Assembly (NCBI GenBank): GCA_048882325.1
Contig: JBHLRS010000003.1
Coordinates: 32,001-96,000 of the forward strand
DNA: 64,000 nt
Source of the DNA: Candidatus Thorarchaeota archaeon
GTDB taxonomy: Archaea > Asgardarchaeota > Thorarchaeia > Thorarchaeales > Thorarchaeaceae
Direction of reading: 5' to 3'
This document shows, piece after piece, positions 28,726-38,464 of this stretch; positions within the stretch are counted from its first letter, which is position 1, and every line of letters begins with the position of its first letter. Under the pieces are notes generated by a model. That model saw only the letters and a program-made list of their open reading frames with translations. It did no database searches and was not told where the DNA came from. The position numbers were made by a program, and so were the translations under genes.

Positions 28726-29832
28726 TCATTGTGTTGTTCTAGACCTTCTCAGTTTAAGATAACCAAATGTAATCGCTGAGAAGACAATCGCTAACAAGTA
28801 AAGTATGATTGGTATCCACAGAGGTTCAAGCATGAGTAATCTTGAGATATCTCTAAGAGGATACCCACCAATTTCACTTGGAAGTATGTATATCCATACT
28901 ATTGCAGCGATATATCCTAGGATCACACCCCATTTGATTTCCCTTCGAACATTGAAGATGAACATGTAGGTGAATGCGAACATGAATGCAAAACCGGTTG
29001 TAAACATCACCCAGATCCCTGTTTCAGCTTGGGACACTGTGGTCGTTGCTACAATGAAGGCGTGAATGCCAACGAAGCTCTCAAGAAAGACAATCCACCC
29101 TTTGCTGACATGCACAACTGTGTATGCCAGTGAAATCTGAGTGAAGAGGAGGAACATGTAGAAGAATCCACTCAGCAGTTGAGGGTCGTATGCCATCGGA
29201 TGGAACCAGAATGTGTAGATAATCGCCCACGCAAAGATGTATCCATGGTTCCTCCGGAAGAATCCAGAAACTTGAGCAGTCATAGGCTTACCCATCTTCC
29301 TCCCTAGGAAGAAACCTCGACGTGGATTCTCGATGACTAAGATGATGACCAACATCACGATGACAGAACCTTGACTGGTCCAAATCGGGACATCTTGTGC
29401 AAGTCCATCAAACCAGATATGTGTCTGGATGAGATGAAGAAAAATGAAGGCCAAGTTAATGCCTATCGCTGCCCAGTTGAACCTGGTAAGACCAGAGGTT
29501 GGTTTCGCACGAAGATGAGTCAGATTCTTTTGAGCCCAATATATTGCTCCCCAGATTGCGAACTGATGAGCGAGATAGAAGCTCCACACAATAAACATCG
29601 TCGTGAACTCACGTACTGGTAATTGCCAAAAATACCATGCAGGTCCTTTATCCTCTACGAGAATTCCAAGAAAATGATCAAGATATGGTCCCACGATCCA
29701 AATCAAGAGCGTGAACAGAACTGTAAATACAAGACCGCCAGCCCAAGCATAGTATGCCTTTCTTGAGGTGGTTTCACTGACCTCTTCAGTTTCAACTCTA
29801 GATATACTTTCATTTTCACTTGTCAAGAACAT
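28726..29832 (-). CDS. Polytopic membrane protein of unknown function with His/Trp-rich helices
   Basis: About 9-10 TMs; HLIQTH.WFDGLAQDV, ENPRRG, YTFWFHPM. Confidence 0.8.
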   Translation of the reverse strand: MFLTSENESISRVETEEVSETTSRKAYYAWAGGLVFTVLFTLLIWIVGPYLDHFLGILVEDKGPAWYFWQLPVREFTTMFIVWSFYLAHQFAIWGAIYWAQKNLTHLRAKPTSGLTRFNWAAIGINLAFIFLHLIQTHIWFDGLAQDVPIWTSQGSVIVMLVIILVIENPRRGFFLGRKMGKPMTAQVSGFFRRNHGYIFAWAIIYTFWFHPMAYDPQLLSGFFYMFLLFTQISLAYTVVHVSKGWIVFLESFVGIHAFIVATTTVSQAETGIWVMFTTGFAFMFAFTYMFIFNVRREIKWGVILGYIAAIVWIYILPSEIGGYPLRDISRLLMLEPLWIPIILYLLAIVFSAITFGYLKLRRSRTTQ

Positions 29833-29940
29833 CCTCTCGCTAAAACAAGTGCGCGTTTGTATAAACAATTGTTAATAAATAATCAGTTGGCTGCAACAAA
29901 ATATAACTCGGGCTTTGTGACCGCCAGAGGTGGTGCCTAC

Positions 29941-30273
29941 ATGACCAAAGAAAAGATACTGGGAATGCTTCAGACTCTGGGAGCAAAATTCGAGGATCCA
30001 AAAATCAAGCGTAGATTCAAAGAATACAACAAGACCATTCAGTTCATCTTTCCAGATGTTGATGCCAAGATGTACATGAGGATTGGAGATGCGGAACTCC
30101 TTGAAGTAGCTGAGGGTGAAATTGATGCTGAGCTCCAAGTAACAATGGACTCACTTGTCTTCTTCTCAATAATTGAAAGGACAGAAAGTCCCATGGCTGC
30201 ATACTCTGCAGGGAAACTCAAGACCAAGGGTGAAGTACCAGACTTGTTGAAGCTGCAGAAGTTACTCATCTGA
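29941..30273 (+). CDS. SCP2 sterol/lipid-binding domain protein
   Basis: SPMAAYSAGKLKTKG...L.KL signature. Confidence 0.85.
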   Translation: MTKEKILGMLQTLGAKFEDPKIKRRFKEYNKTIQFIFPDVDAKMYMRIGDAELLEVAEGEIDAELQVTMDSLVFFSIIERTESPMAAYSAGKLKTKGEVPDLLKLQKLLI

Positions 30274-30612
30274 TTTGGACCCTTTGTCGACTACCATCGA
30301 TACTAACTCACGCATACGAACCATCTGACTCCTGACACGTTCAGCTCCATCCTTGGTCAAGACTGCAAATGTTGTGGGTTTGAGATCAACAAAACGTTTT
30401 GATATCCGAATCAGACCCAACTCTTCCAGTTTTCTTAGATGACTTGACAGATTTCCTGAAGTAAGACCAAGTTTCTTCTGAAGAACAGGAAATGTTGCAT
30501 TTTGTGTGAAATAGAGATAGACCAGAATTGAAAGTCGTGTGGGGACCATCGTTTCACGGTCCTCTTCCATGAGGCCTACCAATGCTGACAGGAGGTCCCC
30601 ATCAAGACTCAC
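30262..30612 (-). CDS. Winged-helix transcription regulator (HTH_34/ArsR-like)
   Basis: RL.IL..L, LGLTSGNLSSHLRKLEE, K.F...KPTT. Confidence 0.9.
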   Translation of the reverse strand: MSLDGDLLSALVGLMEEDRETMVPTRLSILVYLYFTQNATFPVLQKKLGLTSGNLSSHLRKLEELGLIRISKRFVDLKPTTFAVLTKDGAERVRSQMVRMRELVSMVVDKGSKSDE

Positions 30613-30614
30613 GT

Positions 30615-31313
30615 CTATCCCTGTCCTTTGCTCTCGAGAAGTAGTCGTTCAGCTGTTGCCAACATATAGATGCCCATCACGTAAACGCCACCCATGTCTA
30701 CTACTATCAGCATAACATAAGCAAGAGTAGGTATTGGCGGGGGTTGAGATATGGCTACCAACATGGGAATTATACTTAGAAAGACAGCTAGTGCAAAGTA
30801 GAGATGTTCGCGAGTGAGGAGGTCCTCCCCTGAACTTCTCCTTCCCAACAAATAGTTGCCAAGAAAACCAGTTCCCATAATGGCTTGTAGTGCTGGTGGG
30901 AACAGATCAAAGTTTCCTGATGGAAACAGAATAAGTGATACACCTACAATTGCCGCTCCTAGAATAGCCCAGATTGCAAACGAATATCTTCCTCCCTCAG
31001 CCACAACAGGCTGTTGAGGGTAGGAACGAGTCAGTGGTACTATCAGTCTAAATGCTACAATCCAAGAAAAGAACAAGCTGAGGAGTACGAATCCCAGATT
31101 GGCTAATAATGGATCTCCAGGTCCCAGAACTTGTTGCAGAAACATGAATATCAAAGTCGTAAATGAAATACCTCCAGCAATAATCAGATAGACTAGACCA
31201 GAAACTCTACGGCCTACAACTGCGGGATACTTATCGATTAGGTCCGTGAGTAATAGGAGCTGTCTTGCCTTTTGGACCAAGTCGTCGTCTTGTTCAACAC
31301 CTTCTGGATTCAT
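30615..31313 (-). CDS. Membrane protein, ~6 TM
   Basis: Hydrophobic helices; coupled to the wHTH gene. Confidence 0.75.
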   Translation of the reverse strand: MNPEGVEQDDDLVQKARQLLLLTDLIDKYPAVVGRRVSGLVYLIIAGGISFTTLIFMFLQQVLGPGDPLLANLGFVLLSLFFSWIVAFRLIVPLTRSYPQQPVVAEGGRYSFAIWAILGAAIVGVSLILFPSGNFDLFPPALQAIMGTGFLGNYLLGRRSSGEDLLTREHLYFALAVFLSIIPMLVAISQPPPIPTLAYVMLIVVDMGGVYVMGIYMLATAERLLLESKGQG

Positions 31314-31374
31314 ATACTCACCTCAGTATTATACAGTAACCTCATTTTCATAAACCTCCATTATAACTCTACTT

Positions 31375-31406
31375 GAAAAAAAGAAGGAGTCCACAATGGG
31401 ACTCCT
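31375..31406 (-). terminator. Hairpin plus U-tract terminator
   Basis: AGGAGTCC-6nt-GGACTCCT followed by TCTTTTTTT on the minus strand. Confidence 0.7.
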
Positions 31407-32565
31407 AGCGAGAACCGAACTTCTCGAACAGAATGATTCCCACGACCACGAGTAGGAGACCGACAATCGATACAATGGCTAGATTAGTCCAGATTATTGG
31501 AGTTGTAATGGGAGCACCTCTGAGGAAGAGGGTCGTCAACGCGTCGGTGACATACTTGCTTGGGATATACTTGGAAAGCATTTCAGTCGGACCACCAAGC
31601 GGCATGAATGTTCCAAGGAACATTTGCGGCATGATGAAGATGAAGCTTATTCCAGTGGAAGCTTCTGCAGACTTGGAAATCGCTGCTGAAATCAGGCCAA
31701 ATCCCACAGCAACCAGGGAGAATGCTAATGCAATCACAAAGGTGAATGCAATACCAGCAATCCCACTTGCAGGTCTGTAACCAATCACGTACGAAGATGC
31801 AAGGACAATTGCTACCTGCACTACTGCGATTATCATATAGGAGAGCGTTTGGCTGATCATATAATCCGCTGATGAGGCTGGAGTTGTTCGAAGCCTCTTT
31901 AGTAAGCCCTCATCTCTCTCAGCAGTCATTGTTTGAGCAACGATCATCGTCATGAATATGGCTGCAAAAGCGAAAATGCCTGGTGCCATGAAATCCCATT
32001 GTGTAAAGGTACTTGACTCCACCAGAGCTGGAAGTCCAATCTCAACAGGTAGGCCGATGGCTAGTGCATCGCCTCCGAAAATAGTCTTCATTAGAGATTC
32101 CTGTACAAGAGGAGGCACAGCTGAAACAGCCATCATTGATCCACTGTCCACATATAGACCAATTGTTGTGTTCTCCCAGGCGCTTGGATCAATTGGAGAA
32201 CTATAGTATGATACTATACTATTACCAAATCCTTCAGGTATGACAATAAATGCATCTAGATTACCCTGCAAGAGAGCTGCCTGTCCGGTGGTATTGTCAT
32301 CATAGTCTTGAATTACAAAGACTTCTGATGCAGTGAGATTGTCAACAAATGCATATCCCCACTCTGCCTCAGGGCTTGCATCGTCTAAATTCAACAGGCC
32401 TATATCAAAACTTGTTGTGGTTCCTTCTCCGATTGCTCCGAATGCGAATCCAAACACGAAGGTCACGACAAGCGGGAATATGATTAGTAGAAAGAGAACG
32501 GCTGGCTCCCTTCCGGTCTTCTTCAATTCTTTCTTTGTAAGTGCTAGTATCCGTCTAAGATTCAT
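31405..32565 (-). CDS. ABC-2 exporter permease
   Basis: KELK...RE, IPEGF, PGI, ERDEG.LKRL.TTP. Confidence 0.9.
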   Translation of the reverse strand: MNLRRILALTKKELKKTGREPAVLFLLIIFPLVVTFVFGFAFGAIGEGTTTSFDIGLLNLDDASPEAEWGYAFVDNLTASEVFVIQDYDDNTTGQAALLQGNLDAFIVIPEGFGNSIVSYYSSPIDPSAWENTTIGLYVDSGSMMAVSAVPPLVQESLMKTIFGGDALAIGLPVEIGLPALVESSTFTQWDFMAPGIFAFAAIFMTMIVAQTMTAERDEGLLKRLRTTPASSADYMISQTLSYMIIAVVQVAIVLASSYVIGYRPASGIAGIAFTFVIALAFSLVAVGFGLISAAISKSAEASTGISFIFIMPQMFLGTFMPLGGPTEMLSKYIPSKYVTDALTTLFLRGAPITTPIIWTNLAIVSIVGLLLVVVGIILFEKFGSR

Positions 32566-32567
32566 GA

Positions 32568-33314
32568 TTATACTTCCTCCCTCAGATTCTTTCCTGTGAG
32601 TTTCAGAAACACTTCTTCCAAATCCGAAACTTTATGTTCTTCGATCAGTTCAGTTGGAGTTCCAAGCGCAATTAACCTACCCTCATCGATGATGGCAACT
32701 CTGTCGCAAAGTTCCTGAGCCTCCTCCATGTAATGAGTAGTGAGAATGATTGCCTTACCCTGTGCTTTCAATTCACGTATGAATTCCCAGACAGCACGAC
32801 GGGATTTTGGGTCCATAGCAACTGTAGGCTCATCTAGCAAAGCAACTTTCGGGTCATTGACCAAAGCCATAAGCATGCTGACTCTACGGATCATACCGCC
32901 GCTGTAATCTTTTGCACGTCTCTTGATATGATCCTCCATCCCAATCTTCTCGACCATAGTTTCGATTCGGTCTTTGAGAACGTCCTTAGGTATTAGGTGC
33001 ATCTCTCCGATTAGAGCTATATTCTCTTCACCAGTAAGGAACCGATAGAACGCAGGCTCCTGCGGACAGACACCAATTATCTCACGAACACTCTCTGGGT
33101 CAAAGACCACGTCATGGCCATCAATGACTGCAGAACCATTAGTTGGTTCAATCAGAGTATTGAGAACATTGACTGTGGTGCTCTTCCCAGCACCATTTGG
33201 TCCGAGGATTCCGAACAGCTCGCCCCACCCAATCTCAAGGCTGAGATTGTCGACAGCTGTAATATCATCGAACATTTTTGTTAGATTGCTGATTGTGATA
33301 GCAGATTCTGACAT
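32568..33314 (-). CDS. ABC exporter ATP-binding protein
   Basis: GPNGAGKS, YSGGM, LLDEPT, LTTHYMEEA. Confidence 0.95.
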   Translation of the reverse strand: MSESAITISNLTKMFDDITAVDNLSLEIGWGELFGILGPNGAGKSTTVNVLNTLIEPTNGSAVIDGHDVVFDPESVREIIGVCPQEPAFYRFLTGEENIALIGEMHLIPKDVLKDRIETMVEKIGMEDHIKRRAKDYSGGMIRRVSMLMALVNDPKVALLDEPTVAMDPKSRRAVWEFIRELKAQGKAIILTTHYMEEAQELCDRVAIIDEGRLIALGTPTELIEEHKVSDLEEVFLKLTGKNLREEV

Positions 33315-33478
33315 TGTAAATCACGAGAATAACAATGCATAGAATGAATATAAGAAGTGGACAATCTTTGAAACACATCGCAGTTTGTGCCGCAAACTAG
33401 CCTGTGTGACAATAAATCGCTTAATGTTTAAAGGGATGAAGCATTACTTTGGCCACCTGAATTTGGAGGTTTTCCTGA

Positions 33479-34477
33479 TTGCGAGTTCTCATTACAGCTC
33501 CATTCACCAATACTGGAATACGGGAACTACAGGATGCAGGCTTAGAAGTAGACCATAAGAGCTGGTTAGAAACAGGCATGCTTCACATGGGTGGATCACT
33601 TCTCAAGATGGTCAAGGAGGGAAACTATGAGATTGTCATAGTGGAAGGTGATGAGCTGAAGGAGGAAGTTATCAATCAGACTGAACTGAAGTTAATTGGG
33701 TCAGTACGAGGATCCCCCAATAACATCTCTCTCCAAGCCGCAAATGCAAAGAAGATACCCGTGATTGCTGCACCTGGTCGAAATACTATTGCGGTTGCTG
33801 AACATACAATCGCATTGATGCTAGCTCAGGTCAGGAAACTCATAGTGGCAGAACGGTTTCTTAAGAAAGACTTCTTTGTGGATGAATTCAAAGATTTTGC
33901 CAATATGTATTCGACTCTCATGGGAACTGAGCTGTTTGGAAGAACTGTGGGAATAATTGGACTTGGTCAGATTGGGTATGCGGTGGCTAAGCGTCTAAGA
34001 GCTTTTGGTGTGGAGTTACTAGTAGTAGATCCTTATGTTGATGATATGAAGATCAAGGAGGTCGGTGGTAAGCTTGTTGAGCTTAATGAGCTTCTAAGAA
34101 GTTCAGACATCATAACGATTCACTGCAAACCAACTGAAGAAACAATGGGAATGTTAGGTGCAAAAGAGTTTGAAAAAATGAAAAAGACAGCAATCTTGAT
34201 CAATACAGCAAGGGCTTCTATAGTCGATGAATATGCGCTTCGTGATGCTCTGATTAATGGGACCATTGCAGGTGCGGGTTTGGATGTCTTCTCAATGGAG
34301 CCTGTTGATAGTGACAATGAGTTTCTTGAGCTAGACAACGTGACAGTGATGCCTCATATGGGAGGAAATACAGAAGAAACCATTCAGCGTCAATCAAAAA
34401 GCATTGTAACCGGCATCCTAGCTTATCTTAAAGGCGAGAAACCCCCGAACATCTTGAATCCAGAGGTCTTCAATTAG
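33479..34477 (+). CDS. D-isomer-specific 2-hydroxyacid dehydrogenase (SerA/YoaD-like)
   Basis: APGRN..AVAE, GLGQIG, INTARA, LDVF..EP, PHMGG. Confidence 0.9.
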   Translation: MRVLITAPFTNTGIRELQDAGLEVDHKSWLETGMLHMGGSLLKMVKEGNYEIVIVEGDELKEEVINQTELKLIGSVRGSPNNISLQAANAKKIPVIAAPGRNTIAVAEHTIALMLAQVRKLIVAERFLKKDFFVDEFKDFANMYSTLMGTELFGRTVGIIGLGQIGYAVAKRLRAFGVELLVVDPYVDDMKIKEVGGKLVELNELLRSSDIITIHCKPTEETMGMLGAKEFEKMKKTAILINTARASIVDEYALRDALINGTIAGAGLDVFSMEPVDSDNEFLELDNVTVMPHMGGNTEETIQRQSKSIVTGILAYLKGEKPPNILNPEVFN

Positions 34478-34487
34478 GGGATTAGCA

Positions 34488-35987
34488 ATGGTAGTAGCAG
34501 CAATCGATGCAGGTACAACAGGAGTCCGATGTATGATTGTTGATGCAAAGGGAAAAACTCCCGGCATCTCAAGAACTTCATGGGACTATACTACACCTCC
34601 TGACTTTGAGATTGCTAAGGACTTCAATCCGGCTGACTTCTGGAAGCTTGTTTGCTCTGTCATTAAAGGAGCAATCAAGAATTCAGGAATCAAAACCTCA
34701 GATCTTAGAGCTGTGGCAACCACCAGTCAAAGACATGGTATTGTCTTACTGGATTCCAAGGGGAAGGAGCTTCATGGCTGTCCTAATATTGATGCACGTG
34801 GAGCAATGACTCAGTATCTTGTCGATGAATCTCTCGGTGTCACATATCATGAGATTACAGGATGTTGGCCCCCAATGATGTTTGCACCATCAAGACTTAG
34901 CTGGTTTGAGGAAGAAAAACCCGAGCTTTACCGGGAAATTGCACATCTTCTACCAATCTGTGATTGGATTACATACAGACTCTCCGGGATGTATGTGACA
35001 GACACTTCATCTGCAAGTGCTACTGGTTTTCTTGATGTCCGAACCAACAAATGGAGTGAAGAGGTTGCCTCTTCTCTGAGCATAGATCTGAGTATTCTCC
35101 CTGAGATTCACCAGGTGGGTGAAGTGGTCGGCGAGGTGACAGCAGAGGCTGAGAAAGAGATCGGTCTGCCTAAAGGTCTCCCTGTTGTTCAAGCTGGCGC
35201 AGATACACATTGTGCCCTTCTCGCGAGCCAGTCGCAGGTTGGTGAAATCACAGTCATTGCAGGCAGTACTGCACCTGTGCTGATGATTCTTGACAAGCAT
35301 CTCTGCGTACCAGAGCAAAAAATCTGGACTGGAACTCATGTGATTGAAGGTCAATGGGTTCTTGAAAGTAATGCCACATTGACAGGAGCAGTTTTGGAGT
35401 GGGTTGTTCAACTCCTCTGTGAAAGGGCTGAAGATCCGGTGAAATGTAGAAAGAAAACATTTGACGACCTTGATGATTTACTTGCTAACATACCACCTGG
35501 TAGTGACGAAACCCTTGTCACTCTCGGCCCAAGTATCATGGACGCTCAACAAATTGCTGATGTGAAACAAGCACGGATGATGTTCCCACAACCAGCATTA
35601 CCACAGGTCATCCCTTTGGATGCCCCAAGAATGATACACGCAGTTCTTGAGAATATAGCCTTTGCAATCCGTGGCAATGTAGAACAACTTGATGAATACA
35701 GTCAATCAATTGGAATAAAGGCAATTGGAGGAATGACCCAGTCGAATATCTGGCCGCAGCTCTTAGCGAATGTTTTGAACAGACCAGTATTGACCCCTAT
35801 ACAATCTGAGGGAAGCCTTATGGGGGCTGCAATATGTGCCACAATTGGAGCTGGTTATTACTCATCAGTGACAGATGCAGCAAATGCAATGGTTCGTTGG
35901 AGACCAACCTTTGAACCTGATGAACGCGCAGAACGATATAATCGATATTACTCAAAATGGAACGACCTGTGGTGCAATGGTGATTGA
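34488..35987 (+). CDS. FGGY-family carbohydrate kinase (LsrK/YoaC-like)
   Basis: IDAGTTGVRC, TSQRHG, PNIDAR, GADTHCA, AGST. Confidence 0.88.
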   Translation: MVVAAIDAGTTGVRCMIVDAKGKTPGISRTSWDYTTPPDFEIAKDFNPADFWKLVCSVIKGAIKNSGIKTSDLRAVATTSQRHGIVLLDSKGKELHGCPNIDARGAMTQYLVDESLGVTYHEITGCWPPMMFAPSRLSWFEEEKPELYREIAHLLPICDWITYRLSGMYVTDTSSASATGFLDVRTNKWSEEVASSLSIDLSILPEIHQVGEVVGEVTAEAEKEIGLPKGLPVVQAGADTHCALLASQSQVGEITVIAGSTAPVLMILDKHLCVPEQKIWTGTHVIEGQWVLESNATLTGAVLEWVVQLLCERAEDPVKCRKKTFDDLDDLLANIPPGSDETLVTLGPSIMDAQQIADVKQARMMFPQPALPQVIPLDAPRMIHAVLENIAFAIRGNVEQLDEYSQSIGIKAIGGMTQSNIWPQLLANVLNRPVLTPIQSEGSLMGAAICATIGAGYYSSVTDAANAMVRWRPTFEPDERAERYNRYYSKWNDLWCNGD

Positions 35988-35988
35988 A

Positions 35989-36624
35989 ATGTATGAGAAG
36001 GAGAAGAAGGAACTACTTGACATCTGCCTTGAGATGATCAAGCATGACTTGGTCATAGGCTCTTCAGGAAATGCGAGCTTGCGAGTTGGGGATCATGTTG
36101 TAATCTCTCCAAGTTCCGTTCATTACGCTGAAATGACCGTGGACGATGTTGTCGTCATCGACCTTGAGGGAAATGAGGTTGAAGGAACGAGAAATCCCAG
36201 TGTGGAGACACCAATGCATCTTGAGATCTATAATAATCGAAATAATGCTCTAGCGGTTGTACATACTCACAGCCTGTTTGCATCAGCTATGGCGATTCTT
36301 CATGAACCACTACCCCCAATTCTTGATGAGATAGTTCCCAAGATTGGGGCTGGGATTCGAGTCAGCAAGTACGCAATGCCCGGCACGAAACAGCTAGGAA
36401 AGAATGTTGTCGAAGTTCTTGAAGAACGAAGTGCTGCTCTAATTGCAAATCATGGCTCTGTGTGTATCGCAAAGACCCTGAAAGACGCACTCTTTCTCTC
36501 TATCCTCCTTGAACGAGCTTGCAAGATTTACATGACTGCTAAGCAGGTAGGAAAACCAATTGAACTCCCTGAGGATGTCGTTGAGGATGAGCAGGATATC
36601 TGGGAGATGATGCAGGAATTCTAA
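35989..36624 (+). CDS. Class II aldolase (FucA-like)
   Basis: GNAS.R, PSVE..MH, HTHS, ANHG Zn ligands. Confidence 0.9.
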   Translation: MYEKEKKELLDICLEMIKHDLVIGSSGNASLRVGDHVVISPSSVHYAEMTVDDVVVIDLEGNEVEGTRNPSVETPMHLEIYNNRNNALAVVHTHSLFASAMAILHEPLPPILDEIVPKIGAGIRVSKYAMPGTKQLGKNVVEVLEERSAALIANHGSVCIAKTLKDALFLSILLERACKIYMTAKQVGKPIELPEDVVEDEQDIWEMMQEF

Positions 36625-36634
36625 GGGTGATAAG

Positions 36635-38416
36635 ATGTCCGGCTTCATTGGTCGAATCTTAGTCGCAGACTTATCGAGAGAGGAGATTGGTATCATTGAG
36701 ATTGACAAATCCATAGCGACTCACTTCCTCGGCGGGAGTGGTTATGCTGCACGTCTGCTTTATGACTATCTGGATTCCAATGTCGATCCTCTTGGTCCTG
36801 ACAATATTTTACTCTTCATGACAGGTCCTTTGACTGGGACGCTTGCTCCTTGCACTGGGCGTCATGTTGTATGCGGAAAATCTCCAATAACGAACCTCTG
36901 GGGTGAGTCGCATGTGGGCGGACACTTTGGAGCGTTTCTGAAATTCTCAGAATTTGATGGAGTAATGATTAAGGGTTGCGCCAAGAAACCAGTAACATTG
37001 CACATCGATGGCGGGAAAGGTGTACTACGCTCTGCTGAAAACCTATGGGGTAGGATGACTGGACCAACTCAAAAGTCATTGAAGGATGAACTTGGAAGAG
37101 TCCAAGTTGCGTGTATTGGGCCTGCAGGTGAAAATCTGGTCAAATTCGCCAGTATTGTCACCAATGAACGAGTTTCTGCACGATGTGGCTTAGGAGCTGT
37201 AATGGGCTCAAAGAAGCTCAAGGCTATCGCGGTTGGTGGTAGGACCAAAGTGCCTATTCACTCGCTTCAACAGTTTGAAGAACTTGCGCAGTCTTCGAGA
37301 AAGACACTCGGTGAAGCCATGTCAATGCTTAGTGATCAGGGTACAGCAATGTATGTTGACATTGCCATGATGTTCAATGATATACCGATTAAATATTTTC
37401 AAGAGATTGAGTTTGATGATATAGATTTGATCAATGCACAGTCCATGAAGGAGATTCTAACAGGACGGATTGCATGTTACTCCTGTCCCATTGGTTGCGG
37501 AAGAAAGGTTTCAGTCCCAGAATACGAACTGAATGATGTTGGTGGACCTGAGTTTCAAACAATTGCTTCGTTTGGTTCCAACTTACTAATCTCTGATTTA
37601 AAGAAGATAGCACTCATGAATACACTATGCAATCAATATGGGATGGATACAATAAGCTGTGGAAGTACCATTGCTTTTGCTACATATCTGTGCGATCTTG
37701 GAAAGGCGGATTATGGATTCACTTGGGGGAATCCTGACAAAGTCATTGAAACAATCCACACTATCGCCAAAAGAGAAGGTGTTGGTGATCTATTGGCTGA
37801 GGGATCTGTGTCCCTCGCTAGAAGACACTCGGCTGAGGATTCTGTACTTCATGTGAGAGGTATGGAGATTCCAAATCATGACCCAAGAGCTTTCTCTGGA
37901 ATGGCTACAGTATACACCACTGCTTCCCGAGGAGCTTCTCACATGGAGGGTGACATGTATTCAGTAGACATGGGGCAGGAATTTCGAGAGTTAGGCATTA
38001 ATGCGGGTGACCGACTAGAGAATGACAACAAAGGTATAACAGCTGCAAGAACTCAGGATTTCAGAGCTTTCTTTGACTCCGTGATAATGTGTCAATTTGC
38101 CATTGTTCCACCAGAAAAAATCATTGAACTGGTCAATCTCGCAACCGGCTTCTCCCTCACTCTTAACGACATCCTAGTCATTGGATCTCGAGCGGTCACC
38201 ATGAAACGATTATTCAACCTCAAGTGTGGTCTGAAGACAGAAGATGAGAAACTTCCTAGAGCATTGTTGACCCCCCATCCTGATAGTGTCACTGATGACT
38301 TTGTACCCGATGTTGAAGCTCAACTGGATGAATATTATGCATACCGGCGGTGGAACAGAAAAACAGGTCGTCCGTCTACGGAAGCACTTGAAGATCTAGG
38401 ATTATCACATCTATAG
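36635..38416 (+). CDS. aor: Tungsten aldehyde:ferredoxin oxidoreductase family protein
   Basis: KSP.T, IGPAGE, GAVMGSKKLKA, CYSCPIGC, DTIS.G, DS...C.F. Confidence 0.9.
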   Translation: MSGFIGRILVADLSREEIGIIEIDKSIATHFLGGSGYAARLLYDYLDSNVDPLGPDNILLFMTGPLTGTLAPCTGRHVVCGKSPITNLWGESHVGGHFGAFLKFSEFDGVMIKGCAKKPVTLHIDGGKGVLRSAENLWGRMTGPTQKSLKDELGRVQVACIGPAGENLVKFASIVTNERVSARCGLGAVMGSKKLKAIAVGGRTKVPIHSLQQFEELAQSSRKTLGEAMSMLSDQGTAMYVDIAMMFNDIPIKYFQEIEFDDIDLINAQSMKEILTGRIACYSCPIGCGRKVSVPEYELNDVGGPEFQTIASFGSNLLISDLKKIALMNTLCNQYGMDTISCGSTIAFATYLCDLGKADYGFTWGNPDKVIETIHTIAKREGVGDLLAEGSVSLARRHSAEDSVLHVRGMEIPNHDPRAFSGMATVYTTASRGASHMEGDMYSVDMGQEFRELGINAGDRLENDNKGITAARTQDFRAFFDSVIMCQFAIVPPEKIIELVNLATGFSLTLNDILVIGSRAVTMKRLFNLKCGLKTEDEKLPRALLTPHPDSVTDDFVPDVEAQLDEYYAYRRWNRKTGRPSTEALEDLGLSHL

Positions 38417-38464
38417 TTCCTCATCCGATAGCTTATTCCGTCGGGTAACTAGGAACAAGTAACG

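Noticed and set aside
38416-38456. Hairpin between aor and the AEC transporter as a regulatory RNA
   Set aside because: The stem is weak and interrupted and overlaps a probable TATA box; insufficient evidence.
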